DNA of 63,760 nt, the filler included, from Octopus bimaculoides (lineage: Eukaryota), in NCBI RefSeq assembly GCF_001194135.2. It is 4 parts of 4 records of this genome, joined end to end, with 100 filler letters (N's around TTAATTAATTAA, not from the genome) between each part and the next. Parts side by side here need not be neighbours in the genome. Positions count along the whole stretch, not along the records: positions 28,974 to 57,034 come from NC_068985.1; 3 more parts are not named here. One strand, given 5' to 3'. This document shows positions 36,359 to 49,950 of this stretch, in pieces. The translations under genes and the position numbers were made by a program. A model generated the notes under the pieces. The model had not been told where the DNA came from and did no database searches. It saw only the letters and a list, made by a program, of their open reading frames with translations. Every line of letters starts with the position of its first letter. Within the stretch, counting starts at the first letter, position 1.

Positions 36359-36395
36359 CGCTGCTGCTGCTGCTGCTATTGCTGCTGCTGCTGCT
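36160..36395. repeat. Compound (AAC)/(CTA)/(CTG) microsatellite
   Basis: Directly visible. Confidence 0.9.
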
Positions 36396-37690
36396 AAGGC
36401 GTCACACATTCAGCTGAAAGAATATATGCGGGTGCCAAAACTATTTAAGAGAAAATGATTAAAAGCAAATATAATGCATAANNNNNNNNNNNNNNNNNNN
36501 NNNNNNNNNNNNNNNNNNNNNNNNNNNNNNNNNNNNNNNNNNNNNNNNNNNNNNNNNNNNNNNNNNNNNNNNNNNNNNNNNNNNNNNNNNNNNNNNNNNN
36601 NNNNNNNNNNNNNNNNNNNNNNNNNNNNNNNNNNNNNNNNNNNNNNNNNNNNNNNNNNNNNNNNNNNNNNNNNNNNNNNNNNNNNNNNNNNNNNNNNNNN
36701 NNNNNNNNNNNNNNNNNNNNNNNNNNNNNNNNNNNNNNNNNNNNNNNNNNNNNNNNNNNNNNNNNNNNNNNNNNNNNNNNNNNNNNNNNNNNNNNNNNNN
36801 NNNNNNNNNNNNNNNNNNNNNNNNNNNNNNNNNNNNNNNNNNNNNNNNNNNNNNNNNNNNNNNNNNNNNNNNNNNNNNNNNNNNNNNNNNNNNNNNNNNN
36901 NNNNNNNNNNNNNNNNNNNNNNNNNNNNNNNNNNNNNNNNNNNNNNNNNNNNNNNNNNNNNNNNNNNNNNNNNNNNNNNNNNNNNNNNNNNNNNNNNNNN
37001 NNNNNNNNNNNNNNTATATATATATATATATATATATGAGTATGTGTGTGTATGTGTATGTGTGTGTGTGCGCGCGCGCGTGTGTGTGTGTGTAAGGCGG
37101 TGCTCCAGCATGGCTGCAGTCTAATGACTAAAGCAAGTAAAAAATACACACACACACGCACACACACACATATATATACATACATACATACATACATACA
37201 TATACATAAGCATACATATATACATTCATACACACATATATTGTAAACAGCCAATCAGAAGCTTGCCTTTATACGTTCGTACACATTCGCACACCAACAA
37301 AACTACAACTATACAACCATATGCGAAAACAGAGGCACACACACACATACATACACAGATACAAACACACATGCACACGTACGCACACATATATTCACAT
37401 CAAGAGACTTTCATAATACAGACACACATAGGCGCGCACACACACATACAAATACATAAATAAGCATACACAGACACAGGCACACCTATTGTACGCACAT
37501 GCATACGCAATGACATAGAAACAGAGGAAAACAAACTAAATAAATAAAACAAAAGTTCCATAGCAAAATGGCGGCTCTATCTTTTTAAGTAAATATTGTT
37601 GCTGGACATTAAAGATAGTTGCGACGGGGAGTTAGCTCCTCCTGTTTTTTTACATTTCTAGGGAATATGTTTAGGTTTCGGATAGTCATG

Positions 37691-37758
<68 letters not shown>

Positions 37759-38609
37759 TGCTGTCGATGTTGCTGTTGTATTTTTAATAGGAATCTCAAC
37801 TGAACAAACACCACACGGGTAGTGTGGAGGTGCAGCGGTGAAGTATAAAANNNNNNNNNNNNNNNNNNNNNNNNNNNNNNNNNNNNNNNNNNNNNNNNNN
37901 NNNNNNNNNNNNNNNNNNNNNNNNNNNNNNNNNNNNNNNNNNNNNNNNNNNNNNNNNNNNNNNNNNNNNNNNNNNNNNNNNNNNNNNNNNNNNNNNNNNN
38001 NNNNNNNNNNNNNNNNNNNNNNNNNNNNNNNNNNNNNNNNNNNNNNNNNNNNNNNNNNNNNNNNNNNNNNNNNNNNNNNNNNNNNNNNNNNNNNNNNNNN
38101 NNNNNNNNNNNNNNNNNNNNNNNNNNNNNNNNNNNNNNNNNNNNNNNNNNNNNNNNNNNNNNNNNNNNNNNNNNNNNNNNNNNNNNNNNNNNNNNNNNNN
38201 NNNNNNNNNNNNNNNNNNNNNNNNNNNNNNNNNNNNNNNNNNNNNNNNNNNNNNNNNNNNNNNNNNNNNNNNNNNNNNNNNNNNNNNNNNNNNNNNNNNN
38301 NNNNNNNNNNNNNNNNNNNNNNNNNNNNNNNNNNNNNNNNNNNNNNNNNNNNNNNNNNNNNNNNNNNNNNNNNNNNNNNNNNNNNNNNNNNNNNNNNNNN
38401 NNNNNNNNNNNNNNNNNNNNNNNNNNNNNNNNNNNNNNNNNNNNNNNNNNNNNNNNNNNNNNNNNNNNNNNNNNNNNNNNNNNNNNNNNNNNNNNNNNNN
38501 NNNNNNNNNNNNNNNNNNNNNNNNNNNNNNNNNNNNNNNNNNNNNNNNNNNNNNNNNNNNNNNNNNNNNNNNNNNNNNNNNNNNNNNNNNNNNNNNNNNN
38601 NNNNNNNNN

Positions 38610-38658
<49 letters not shown>

Positions 38659-38994
38659 CACACACATATAAACATATATATATATGTATGTATATGTGTC
38701 TGCGTGTGTGTGCGCGCGCGTATAAGTGCGTGGCGTGTTGGTTAGGGGTGTTGGACTCATGAGCGTAAAATTGTGATTTCGATTCCTGAATCGGTTTATG
38801 CGTTGTGTTCTTGAGCAAAGCACTTCATTTCACATTGCTGCAGCCCATTCAGCTGGCAAAAGGGATCCATGTAGTCTGCGACGGACTAGTTTCCCGTCCA
38901 TGAAATGGATATATGTGACATGGAATCCAGGAAACCAGTCTTATGAGTTTATGGCTCGGAAAGGACCTTTGATCATTTTTGATATATCTATATA

Positions 38995-39205
38995 ACATGG
39001 CGGTGATCTTGCAGAAACGTTAGCACATCGGACGAAATGCTTAGCGGTATTTCGTCTGTCGTTACGTTCTGAGTTCGCCGCGGTCGACTTTGCTTTTCAT
39101 CCTCTCGGGAGTTAATAAATTAAGTACCAGTTGCGTACTAGTGTCGATCTAATCGACTGGCCCCCTCTCCAAAGTTTGGGCGTTGTGCCTAGAGTAGAAA
39201 AGGAT
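38995..39205 (+). mobile_element. SINE family A2
   Basis: ggcggtgatcttgcagaaacgttagcac...gcctagagtagaaaagg. Confidence 0.8.
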
Positions 39206-39989
39206 ATATATATATAACTCTATCTATCCATCGATCTATCTATCCTTCTGTCTACCTCTTTCAGTCTCTCTCTCGTATATGTATATATTTATATACATAT
39301 ATGTGTGNNNNNNNNNNNNNNNNNNNNNNNNNNNNNNNNNNNNNNNNNNNNNNNNNNNNNNNNNNNNNNNNNNNNNNNNNNNNNNNNNNNNNNNNNNNNN
39401 NNNNNNNNNNNNNNNNNNNNNNNNNNNNNNNNNNNNNNNNNNNNNNNNNNNNNNNNNNNNNNNNNNNNNNNNNNNNNNNNNNNNNNNNNNNNNNNNNNNN
39501 NNNNNNNNNNNNNNNNNNNNNNNNNNNNNNNNNNNNNNNNNNNNNNNNNNNNNNNNNNNNNNNNNNNNNNNNNNNNNNNNNNNNNNNNNNNNNNNNNNNN
39601 NNNNNNNNNNNNNNNNNNNNNNNNNNNNNNNNNNNNNNNNNNNNNNNNNNNNNNNNNNNNNNNNNNNNNNNNNNNNNNNNNNNNNNNNNNNNNNNNNNNN
39701 NNNNNNNNNNNNNNNNNNNNNNNNNNNNNNNNNNNNNNNNNNNNNNNNNNNNNNNNNNNNNNNNNNNNNNNNNNNNNNNNNNNNNNNNNNNNNNNNNNNN
39801 NNNNNNNNNNNNNNNNNNNNNNNNNNNNNNNNNNNNNNNNNNNNNNNNNNNNNNNNNNNNNNNNNNNNNNNNNNNNNNNNNNNNCAATGAAAATAAGAGT
39901 TCTGGGAATAGATGTATATTTATTTATACATATATATATATATATATGTATGCATGTATGTATGTATACACAAATATAGCCAATTCAAA

Positions 39990-40170
39990 CAAGAACAAGT
40001 AAGAAAAAACAATAATGCGAGGACGTGGAACAAGTACTGTGTTATTGGACGCTCAGGAAAGGAAAGAAAAGGAAGAGGATTTCACGTTTCAAGCGGTGCC
40101 CTTCATCAGAGACATAGAAAAAAGTTCAAAGATAAGGAAGACGGAGAAATAAAATCGCTAACGATACAAA
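39990..40170 (-). mobile_element. Short repeat with decayed hammerhead-like core (HHR family 2)
   Basis: Minus 40079-40113 reads GTCT-CTGATGA-AGGGCACCGCTT-GAAA-CGT-G-AAAT. The core is exact, but the stems are weak and the cleavage position is G. Confidence 0.45.
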
Positions 40171-40970
40171 CACGATCACATATTGAAAATATACATACAT
40201 ATATATCTATAATAATAAATGCGAAAGCGAATGTCAGTGTGTCACACTTTTTCAACTTTACTCCTCGGACACCCTCACTCACTATTCAATGATACTTCTA
40301 CTATTCCTCATGCTTTACCCCTCTCTCACTATTCAATTATTCTTCTACTATTCTTCATTCTTGTTTTTTTTTCTTAATCCTAACATTTTGAAAAAATATT
40401 TCTCTAACTGTTATAACTATTTCCAAAAGTAATTTCCAAAATAAACATTTTGAAAAAATCTAACTCTATATATGAAGTAATTTAACCATAACAAGTGTTC
40501 ATAACATTCGGAACTCAAATACGTATTGAACTCACTCTCTCATACAATATTACCTCCCATAACTCTCTACCATAAAAATGTTGGAAATTTTTTCAGATAT
40601 TAATAAAATTTGTCTGGCCTATTTTCATGGCGTCGGCCCGTCGGAGCTATGGAAACTTAGCGCACACCGACTGCGTGAAAATAAATTCGACTAACTTCAT
40701 TATTACCTTAAAAAATACTACAAAATACTAAATTTCAAACATCTTTATAGTAAAAAACATTTAGAGCAATTCCGAGCCATAAAAATCGCACTTTAAAATA
40801 GTGTTTAGCGATAGTGATGTAATTTTCATTCAAATTACGAACAGGAGTTTAGATAAGTTCCAGCTACTACAAATAATTGTTTGTACGAAACGTAAGGGTT
40901 TGCATATATAAAATTGTCTTTAAATTAAGTGTAGGCAGAGAATTGTTATTGAACTTTGTAAAGTTAAGTA

Positions 40971-41126
40971 TATTGTTGCCTACGGCCGGCTATATGCTGG
41001 TTATTCAAGGATAGGGAATGGAAAAAAAGCTATTTGTACTGACCACGAATGAGAAGACAAAAATGTGTTGTTTATCATGCAGCTTTGCAATAAGCTCTCT
41101 CTCTCTCCCTCTCTCTTTATATATAA

Positions 41127-41203
<77 letters not shown>

Positions 41204-41227
41204 CGTTGGTGTATTTTAGTATGTATG

Positions 41228-41268
<41 letters not shown>

Positions 41269-41759
41269 TATTCAGCTGCTATCATGGAAGGTTTGTTGTG
41301 TTATTGTCCTCAAGTGTCTACTCTATAGGGTTTCATAAGAAGTAGCTGTCATCAGACTTTCAGTTTGGATTCCCAACTGTGACAAACTGAAACGATAGAT
41401 ATTATCCAACTCTCTTATTCTTGGTTTGCTCCTAGGTCTTCTGCCTATTGAAGAATCGCATTGAAGAATCCCTCTAGCCATTCTTTCCTGCGCCATTCTA
41501 ATCACTTATCCGTTGTAGCGGACTTGTGACCTCTCAATGCGAAGAAACAGCGGCAAATGTTGGCGTGCATATAGTACACGTATGCATATATGAAGAACGT
41601 TCCAGAAAAAAAAAAAAAAAGAAATACCCTCTCATCTCATTTTCATTTTGTATCCTTGTATCCGGACTGCCCCACACCCTGGCAGCTTTGCTTATCCTGC
41701 TTCTCTGCCACCGGGTTTCAATGGTTTTATGCAAAAATAGGAACTGGGCGTGTGGAATA

Positions 41760-41809
<50 letters not shown>

Positions 41810-42117
41810 ATATATATACTTAAATAAATGAATATGTATGTTTTATATATATGTATACATATATATATATAAAATATGTATGTTTAAAAAAATGTATACA
41901 TGCATATATATAAAATATGTACATTATATATATATATATATATATATGTATACATAGTAGTAGTAGTAGTTAGTAGTAGTAGTTGGCTGCGTCTCGTGTT
42001 TCCGAGCTTGCAATCCAGTTCATTTTCCTGGGTGTTTGAACCGCAGATGGCTCCGCAATCCAAGGGTTGCGTGAAACATACGGAGACATTGTGGACAAGG
42101 GATAGAAGGGGTTGGTT

Positions 42118-42200
<83 letters not shown>

Positions 42201-42324
42201 TCTTATTGCAAAGCTGCATGATAAACAACATTATTTTGTCTTCTCATTCGGGGTCAGTACAAATAGCTTGTTTGCATTCCCTATTCTTGAATAACCAGCA
42301 TATAGCCGGCCGTTGGCAACAATA
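40971..42324. repeat. Pair of about 124-bp inverted repeats (40971-41094 and 42202-42324)
   Basis: tattgttgcctacggccggctatatgctggttattcaag...gctttgcaataag and its reverse complement; both run inward into (CT)n. Confidence 0.85.
41300..41720 (-). mobile_element. Decayed RTE-clade LINE 3' fragment
   Basis: ...VIRMAQERMARGILQ...GRRPRSKPRIRELDNIYRFSLSQLGI... resembles GHV.RM...R..GRRPRGRP..RW.D. Confidence 0.6.
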
Positions 42325-42426
42325 AAATTAACTTTTATATATATGTATACATACATATATATAAAACACTCATATATTAGCTTCACACTTGCAACGGTAT
42401 GGATGGATATTCGTGTGAGTATTTAT

Positions 42427-42532
<106 letters not shown>

Positions 42533-43193
42533 GTATGTGTGTTTGTGTGCGTGTGTGTGTGTCTCTCTCTCTGTGTGTATGTATGTATATAGATGTTTTT
42601 ATATATATATGTATGTTATATACACACATATGAATATAATCTGTGCTTAGCTAGTTCGTTGTTTACGTTTGGCTGTGTATGTGTGTATATATGTGAATAT
42701 TTATATATGCCTTTGCAACGATGCTTGCGTATGCCGATACGTGTTTGTGAGATTGCGTCTCTGTGTTTGTCTTCGCGTGTGTATATGTGTGTGCCTGTGT
42801 GTATGTTTAAATCTGATAAGATTGCTTTCCCAATATTTATTTTATATAAAACATTCCTACATACATTTGCAAGCCACATTAACTCTTTCCTTCAGCCTAA
42901 TTCCTTACCTATATACACAAACATGCTAAAGTTGTGCTTGCATGCAGTATGTATATCTCTATGCATATGTGTGCGCGTGGTTGTCTGCTACTATGTGTGT
43001 ATGAGTGTGTATGCGTGTGCGTGTGCGTGTGAGTGTGCGCCTGTGTGAGTGTGTGTGTGCGTCTGTGTACATATACATTTGTAGTAACATCATAAGGGTA
43101 ACATTAGAATAAACCGCCACGGATATTTAAACAGACTTTTCCAGAGTTTTGCTATATATGAATGCAAATGCAATTATTCACACATTCACTCAG

Positions 43194-43257
<64 letters not shown>

Positions 43258-44519
43258 NNNNNNNNNNNNNNNNNNNNNNNNNNNNNNNNNNNNNNNNNNN
43301 NNNNNNNNNNNNNNNNNNNNNNNNNNNNNNNNNNNNNNNNNNNNNNNNNNNNNNNNNNNNNNNNNNNNNNNNNNNNNNNNNNNNNNNNNNNNNNNNNNNN
43401 NNNNNNNNNNNNNNNNNNNNNNNNNNNNNNNNNNNNNNNNNNNNNNNNNNNNNNNNNNNNNNNNNNNNNNNNNNNNNNNNNNNNNNNNNNNNNNNNNNNN
43501 NNNNNNNNNNNNNNNNNNNNNNNNNNNNNNNNNNNNNNNNNNNNNNNNNNNNNNNNNNNNNNNNNNNNNNNNNNNNNNNNNNNNNNNNNNNNNNNNNNNN
43601 NNNNNNNNNNNNNNNNNNNNNCACACACACACACACACACACACATACACACACACACATACGCACACATGCATATGTAAATATGTATAGGTTTTTATGT
43701 GTATATATATATATATATATATGTATACATATATATATGTATATATATGCGTTTATGTGTTCATGTGTCCGGTTATGTAAGTGTTTGTCTGAATGCGGGT
43801 GTGGTGTATGCGTGTGAGTGTGTATGTGCGGTTTTGCTAGCTCGTGTGTCTAGCCAGAGATACATTAAGTGCAAAAGCAAGATAGATTTTCCATTTGCAA
43901 GAAGCTGTTTTGATATGAGTTAGGACGTATTTGGGAGTGGGCGTTGTGTTATGATGTTCCTTACCAGAGATGGTGGTGCTTGTGGTGGATGTGGTGGTGG
44001 TGGTGGTGGTGGTGGTGTTGGCAGTTTGGTAAGACATTTTACCACGTGTCCAAATCTAGCAGTATATAAGTAACTGTGTTTCTAGTCTGGTGCCAATGTG
44101 TGCGTCAAGTAATGGCAAATATTCTCTTGATGTAAATATTATGATTATTTCAATTCTTGTTCTTTGGTTAAACCTTCACATCTTTCCCGCCTTTCTCAAA
44201 GAGTTTTCGAATGTTGTTTGCTTGTTACTACTGATGCTTAGCACCAGACTGACCCTGCCTAAGTAAACCTAATAATCTAAGACGTTCTATCAGTGGCCGT
44301 CCTATCCTGTAATTACATAATGTCATAAAAACCTGTATTTTTGTTAGTGATATGTTGTTTGCTTTTTAAAGTGTATTGGACGAGATTTAAGAAGCATCTT
44401 ACGGCAATTTTTAACAGTTCCAGCATCTATATAAAATAGGATATCAAACGTACGTTCGGCAGGCCGGATTTTACCCCTGTGGATGTTTAGCTTGGCACTA
44501 TTTAAAGTTTCCTTCTCAA

Positions 44520-44794
44520 TGGGCAAGTGTCTTCTACTATAGCCCCGGGTCGATTAAAGCGTTCTGGGTAGATTTGGTGGGCAGAAATTGAAAGAAGCCC
44601 GTCATGTATATATATATGTTAACAATAGGTGCAGGAGTGGCTGTGTGGTAAGAAGCTTGTTTCCCAATCACATGGTTCCGGGTTCAGTCCCACTGCGTAG
44701 CAACTTGGAGAAGTGTCATCTACTATAACCTCGGGCCGACGAAAGCTTTGTGAGTGGATTTGGTAGACGAAAACTCAAAGAAGCTCGTCGTATG

Positions 44795-44795
<1 letters not shown>
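44520..44795 (+). mobile_element. Two SINE family C heads (one partial)
   Basis: gggcaagtgtcttctactatagcc... and ggagtggctgtgtggtaagaagcttg...gggttcagtcccactgcg. Confidence 0.8.
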
Positions 44796-44845
<50 letters not shown>

Positions 44846-46758
44846 NNNNNNNNNNNNNNNNNNNNNNNNNNNNNNNNNNNNNNNNNNNNNNNNNNNNNNN
44901 NNNNNNNNNNNNNNNNNNNNNNNNNNNNNNNNNNNNNNNNNNNNNNNNNNNNNNNNNNNNNNNNNNNNNNNNNNNNNNNNNNNNNNNNNNNNNNNNNNNN
45001 NNNNNNNNNNNNNNNNNNNNNNNNNNNNNNNNNNNNNNNNNNNNNNNNNNNNNNNNNNNNNNNNNNNNNNNNNNNNNNNNNNNNNNNNNNNNNNNNNNNN
45101 NNNNNNNNNNNNNNNNNNNNNNNNNNNNNNNNNNNNNNNNNNNNNNNNNNNNNNNNNNNNNNNNNNNNNNNNNNNNNNNNNNNNNNNNNNNNNNNNNNNN
45201 NNNNNNNNNNNNNNNNNNNNNNNNNNNNNNNNNNNNNNNNNNNNNNNNNNNNNNNNNNNNNNNNNNNNNNNNNNNNNNNNNNNNNNNNNNNNNNNNNNNN
45301 NNNNNNNNNNNNNNNNNNNNNNNNNNNNNNNNNNNNNNNNNNNNNNNNNNNNNNNNNNNNNNNNNNNNNNNNNNNNNNNNNNNNNNNNNNNNNNNNNNNN
45401 NNNNNNNNNNNNNNNNNNNNNNNNNNNNNNNNNNNNNNNNNNNNNNNNNNNNNNNNNNNNNNNNNNNNNNNNNNNNNNNNNNNNNNNNNNNNNNNNNNNN
45501 NNNNNNNNNNNNNNNNNNNNNNNNNNNNNNNNNNNNNNNNNNNNNNNNNNNNNNNNNNNNNNNNNNNNNNNNNNNNNNNNNNNNNNNNNNNNNNNNNNNN
45601 NNNNNNNNNNNNNNNNNNNNNNNNNNNNNNNNNNNNNNNNNNNNNNNNNNNNNNNNNNNNNNNNNNNNNNNNNNNNNNNNNNNNNNNNNNNNNNNNNNNN
45701 NNNNNNNNNNNNNNNNNNNNNNNNNNNNNNNNNNNNNNNNNNNNNNNNTATATATATGCATTTAATAGGTGTAAACAAAATGAGCTTAGTGCTCAAAAGC
45801 ATGAGAGCTTAAACTCCAAACTTATTTTCCAAGGCAGTCTCCTCTGCATCGAAAGTCAGCTATAAATATAATATTTACTGAGCTGTTACAGGGGTATTAA
45901 GGTAGATAAACATAGGTAAGCTTGAGATGTATATTTATATAGAGCTAAAAGATACAGATCACATAGTAAATAAGATAACAAATGACCCACAATTATACAA
46001 AATCTTATCTCTACAGCTGTTTCAGGATGGACAAAACTTAGATGCCGAGAATTAACTGGACTTTCTCAAGTAATATTACTTTCTCAAGTTATATCTTTAT
46101 CTCGTGTCTCCCCTTAACTACCCCTTCTGTTTGACTTTTCCCTCTGCTTTCTTCCACCTTTCTCATTACCGTACTCTGCACTCTTTAAACTTTTAAGTTT
46201 GTAAACGTTGCCAGAAAATATTCATTTGCCATCTTGCGCATGAGTAGGGAGTCCTAACTTACTTCAACAATTTCATCGGGACTTGTCGCAAGATACACGA
46301 GTATGATACCATGTACATATTGCATATGAAATAATTATTACGTAAGATATGGTTTTCTCGAAACAGCTGTCGTTATAAGACTTTACATAATTCTTCTGTT
46401 CTTTTATCATTTTCTTTGTTCTGTAATCTGTATTTTTTGTGGTCCATGTAAATACACGCCTCCATCTTACCAGCGTTTATCTACTTTACCACCTTTCTGT
46501 CCCCCTCACCTTATATATATATATATNNNNNNNNNNNNNNNNNNNNNNNNNNNNNNNNNNNNNNNNNNNNNNNNNNNNNNNNNNNNNNNNNNNNNNNNNN
46601 NNNNNNNNNNNNNNNNNNNNNNNNNNNNNNNNNNNNNNNNNNNNNNNNNNNNNNNNNNNNNNNNNNNNNNNNNNNNNNNNNNNNNNNNNNNNNNNNNNNN
46701 NNNNNNNNNNNNNNNNNNNNNNNNNNNNNNNNNNNNNNNNNNNNNNNNNNNNNNNNNN

Positions 46759-46954
46759 ACGCACTGTATATTTGGTGTTAATTTGCTTCAGCTTTATATT
46801 ACATTATATTACATTAATCCTATTTCGGCCAGAGTTCTTTCGTCACACTTCTGTGACCTCATCAGTGGTCCTTTGCTTTCTTCTTTCTTATATGTGTCTC
46901 ACCTTGCTATGTAATATAAAGCTGAAGCAAATTAACACCAAATATACAGTGCGT
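46759..46954. repeat. Perfect 45-bp inverted repeat with a 106-bp spacer
   Basis: 46759-46803 is the exact reverse complement of 46910-46954; the left arm abuts an N gap. Confidence 0.9.
46827..46871 (-). ncRNA. Minimal type I hammerhead motif (HHR family 4)
   Basis: GG(A)CCA-CTGATGA-G-GTCAC(agaagt)GTGAC-GAAA-G-AA-C-TC-TGGCC: exact core, 5-bp stem II, CUC triplet, and stem I with one bulge. Confidence 0.6.
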
Positions 46955-47709
46955 GTGTTTTTATTGGCTAAACTGGCAATATGACCATCCCCAAGTACAA
47001 CAACATCTGTTTCAACACACGATTTCACATCAAAAATCTTGCAAAAGAAATATATATATATATATATATACTCATATACATTCACGCATACATACATATA
47101 TACATTCACGCACACACATAAATTAGAATCACTAGTATTACCACATATATTACTATTATTGGTGGTATTAATACTGCTACAACTACTGCTGCTGCTGCTA
47201 CTACTACTACTACCACTACTACTGCTACTGTCATTGTCTTTGTAAGAGAGCTATCCTATCAGATAAAAAATATTTATATTTAAGAAAAAATACCATTAAA
47301 AATCTTACAAATAACGTCTATAAAAAACCTTTCTTCCGAAAATCGCAGCATATAAAAAGAAATAAAAATGTCATCCCCTTCCCCACTCTGTCTTTTAGTT
47401 TTTCTCCCTTCATCGCTATATACCTCCCATCTCTCTCTCTCCTCCTTCTCACTATTCTGTCTCTATTTTCCTTTTGTCTTTATATCTGTGTGTTTTCTTT
47501 GTCTCTTTTTTCTTCTCTTTCTCTCTTTCTATGCTTGTTTTTGTTTTGTCTTTCTGTCTGCCAGCATGTCTGCCTGTCTATATTTGCGCTCCTGTGCCTG
47601 TGTGTCTCTTTGGCTCACGTTCTCTCCAGATTTTTCTCTGTCTGTCTGTCTCTTGGCCTGTTTGTCTATCTTTCAGACCGTCTACCTGACTGTCTATACT
47701 TCCGCTTCT

Positions 47710-47775
<66 letters not shown>

Positions 47776-48065
47776 NNNNNNNNNNNNNNNNNNNNNNNNN
47801 NNNNNNNNNNNNNNNNNNNNNNNNNNNNNNNNNNNNNNNNNNNNNNNNNNNNNNNNNNNNNNNNNNNNNNNNNNNNNNNNNNNNNNNNNNNNNNNNNNNN
47901 NNNNNNNNGTATGTATGTAAGCTTGTGTGTATGTATGTATGTATCTATCTATCTGCCTGTCTGCCTGCCTGTCTGTATGTCTGTCTGTCTGTCTGTCTGC
48001 CTGCCTGCCTGCCTGCCTGCCTGCTTGTCTGTCTGTCTGTCTGTCTGCCTGTCTGTCTGTCTGTC

Positions 48066-48143
<78 letters not shown>

Positions 48144-48478
48144 CATCTATCCTCTACTCTTCCTCCTTTTCTCTTCTCTCTGTCTGTCTATCCTCTTGTC
48201 TTCATCTCTGTCTCTCTCTAACTCTCTTTCTTCACTTCTTTTTCTCTCTATTTTTACCCTTTCTCTCTCTCATTACCTCCCACCCTCCTTTATTTACTCT
48301 CAGCATCTCTCTGACTGCATACTGCTTGTTTATACTTTCTTTTATTTCTTTTTTTTTTTGGCATTCCCTTTCTGACTCTTCAAACTTGGACTCTCTCTTT
48401 CGTGACTTTCACTCCCTTTCTCTGACTCTCCCAATATTTTTCTCTTAGTCTATTTACGTCTTAATATTTTCTCTTTCT

Positions 48479-48695
48479 AAGGCGGCGAGCTAGCAGAAAT
48501 GTTAGTACGCCGGGCGAAATGCTTAGCAGTATTTCGTCTCTCTTTATGTTCTGAGTTCTAATTCCGCAGAGGTCGACTTTGCTTTTCATCCTTTCGGGGT
48601 TAATAAATTAAGCACCGGTTGCGTACTGGGGATCGATCTAATCGACTGGCTCCCTCCCCCAAAATTGCGGGCTTTGTGCCTAGAGCAGAAAAGAA
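48479..48695 (+). mobile_element. SINE family A2
   Basis: aaggcggcgagctagcagaaatgttag...gcctagagcagaaaagaat. Confidence 0.85.
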
Positions 48696-49538
48696 TATTT
48701 TATCTTTCTCATTCCCTATTCCTTAATTTTTTTCCCCAACTAAAAAACCCACCAAACTCCTTTATCTGATCATTTCTAATTTCTTCCACTCTATTTCCCC
48801 TCCATTCTCTCCCCCTCTCCCTCCCTAAACTGCACCATTACTCTCCCCCCACTCCATCCCCTGCATCTATGTACTAATATTCCTGGTACCTTATTGGTAA
48901 ATCTGCACAGCAACATATTGGCGCAGTAACAGACAGGCTGCAACTTTTAGCTAACCCGCCTGCCTTTCCCTTCCACCACAACCGCCACACACTACACACT
49001 GCACACTACCTTCTTTTTACGTTTGTTTTATTTATATTATTAAATGACAGCAACAAGAAGAAGAAGAACAACAACAACAGCAGCATCAGCAGCAGCAGCT
49101 GCAGCAAAAGAGCTTATACAAAAACAGGAAAACAAACACAACAAACAAAAAAAAAATGTCTCCTTCACATTCTATTTAACTCCACTAAGAAGAGGTTCGG
49201 AAAAAAAGAAGGAGGGGCTGGAAGGAGTAAAAAAATAAGGGGATGATGAAGGGGAGGATGGAGTAGAGGAGGAGGGAGAAGGGAGGAAAAAAATTAGAAG
49301 ACTAAATAAGACATCTCAGTGGAAATTCAAGTCACATATCGAGACTTCCTGTTGTTGTTTTTATTATTGTTTTTGTCGTTATCATTTTCGTGGTTGTTGT
49401 AATTATGGATGTTGTCGGTGCTAATATTGTTGTTGTTGTTGCTGCTGTAGTTAATCGTCCTCCGATTGCGTCTATTCTGTTGCCGTCATTGTTTGTGTAG
49501 ATGTTGATTTAAGTGTCTGTACGTGCTGTTGCTGTTGC

Positions 49539-49571
<33 letters not shown>

Positions 49572-49689
49572 CGATGCTGTTCTTTTCGTCCATCAATCGT
49601 CATTATTCTTTGTCTTAATTTTAACGATGCTTTTCATCATCATCATCACCACCACCACCATCATCGTCTTCATCGCCATCGTCGTCGTT

Positions 49690-49739
49690 GTCGTCATATT
49701 CTTCTTCTTCTTCTTCTTCTTCTTCTTCTTCTTCTTCAT

Positions 49740-49805
<66 letters not shown>

Positions 49806-49950
49806 TTTATTTTTATTATTATTATTATTTTTATTATTATTATTATTTTTATTATTATTATTATTATTATTATTCTCCTCCTCCTCCTCCTTCTTCTCCT
49901 CCCCTTCTCCTCCTCCCCTTCTTCTCCTCCTCCTCCTCCTCCTCCTCTTC
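49690..49950. repeat. Compound (TTC)n/(TTA)n/(CTC)n microsatellite
   Basis: Directly visible. Confidence 0.95.

Noticed and set aside
40205-40960. Helitron-like start TCTATAATAATAAATGCG
   Set aside because: No 3' hairpin plus CTAG end found; the support is too thin.
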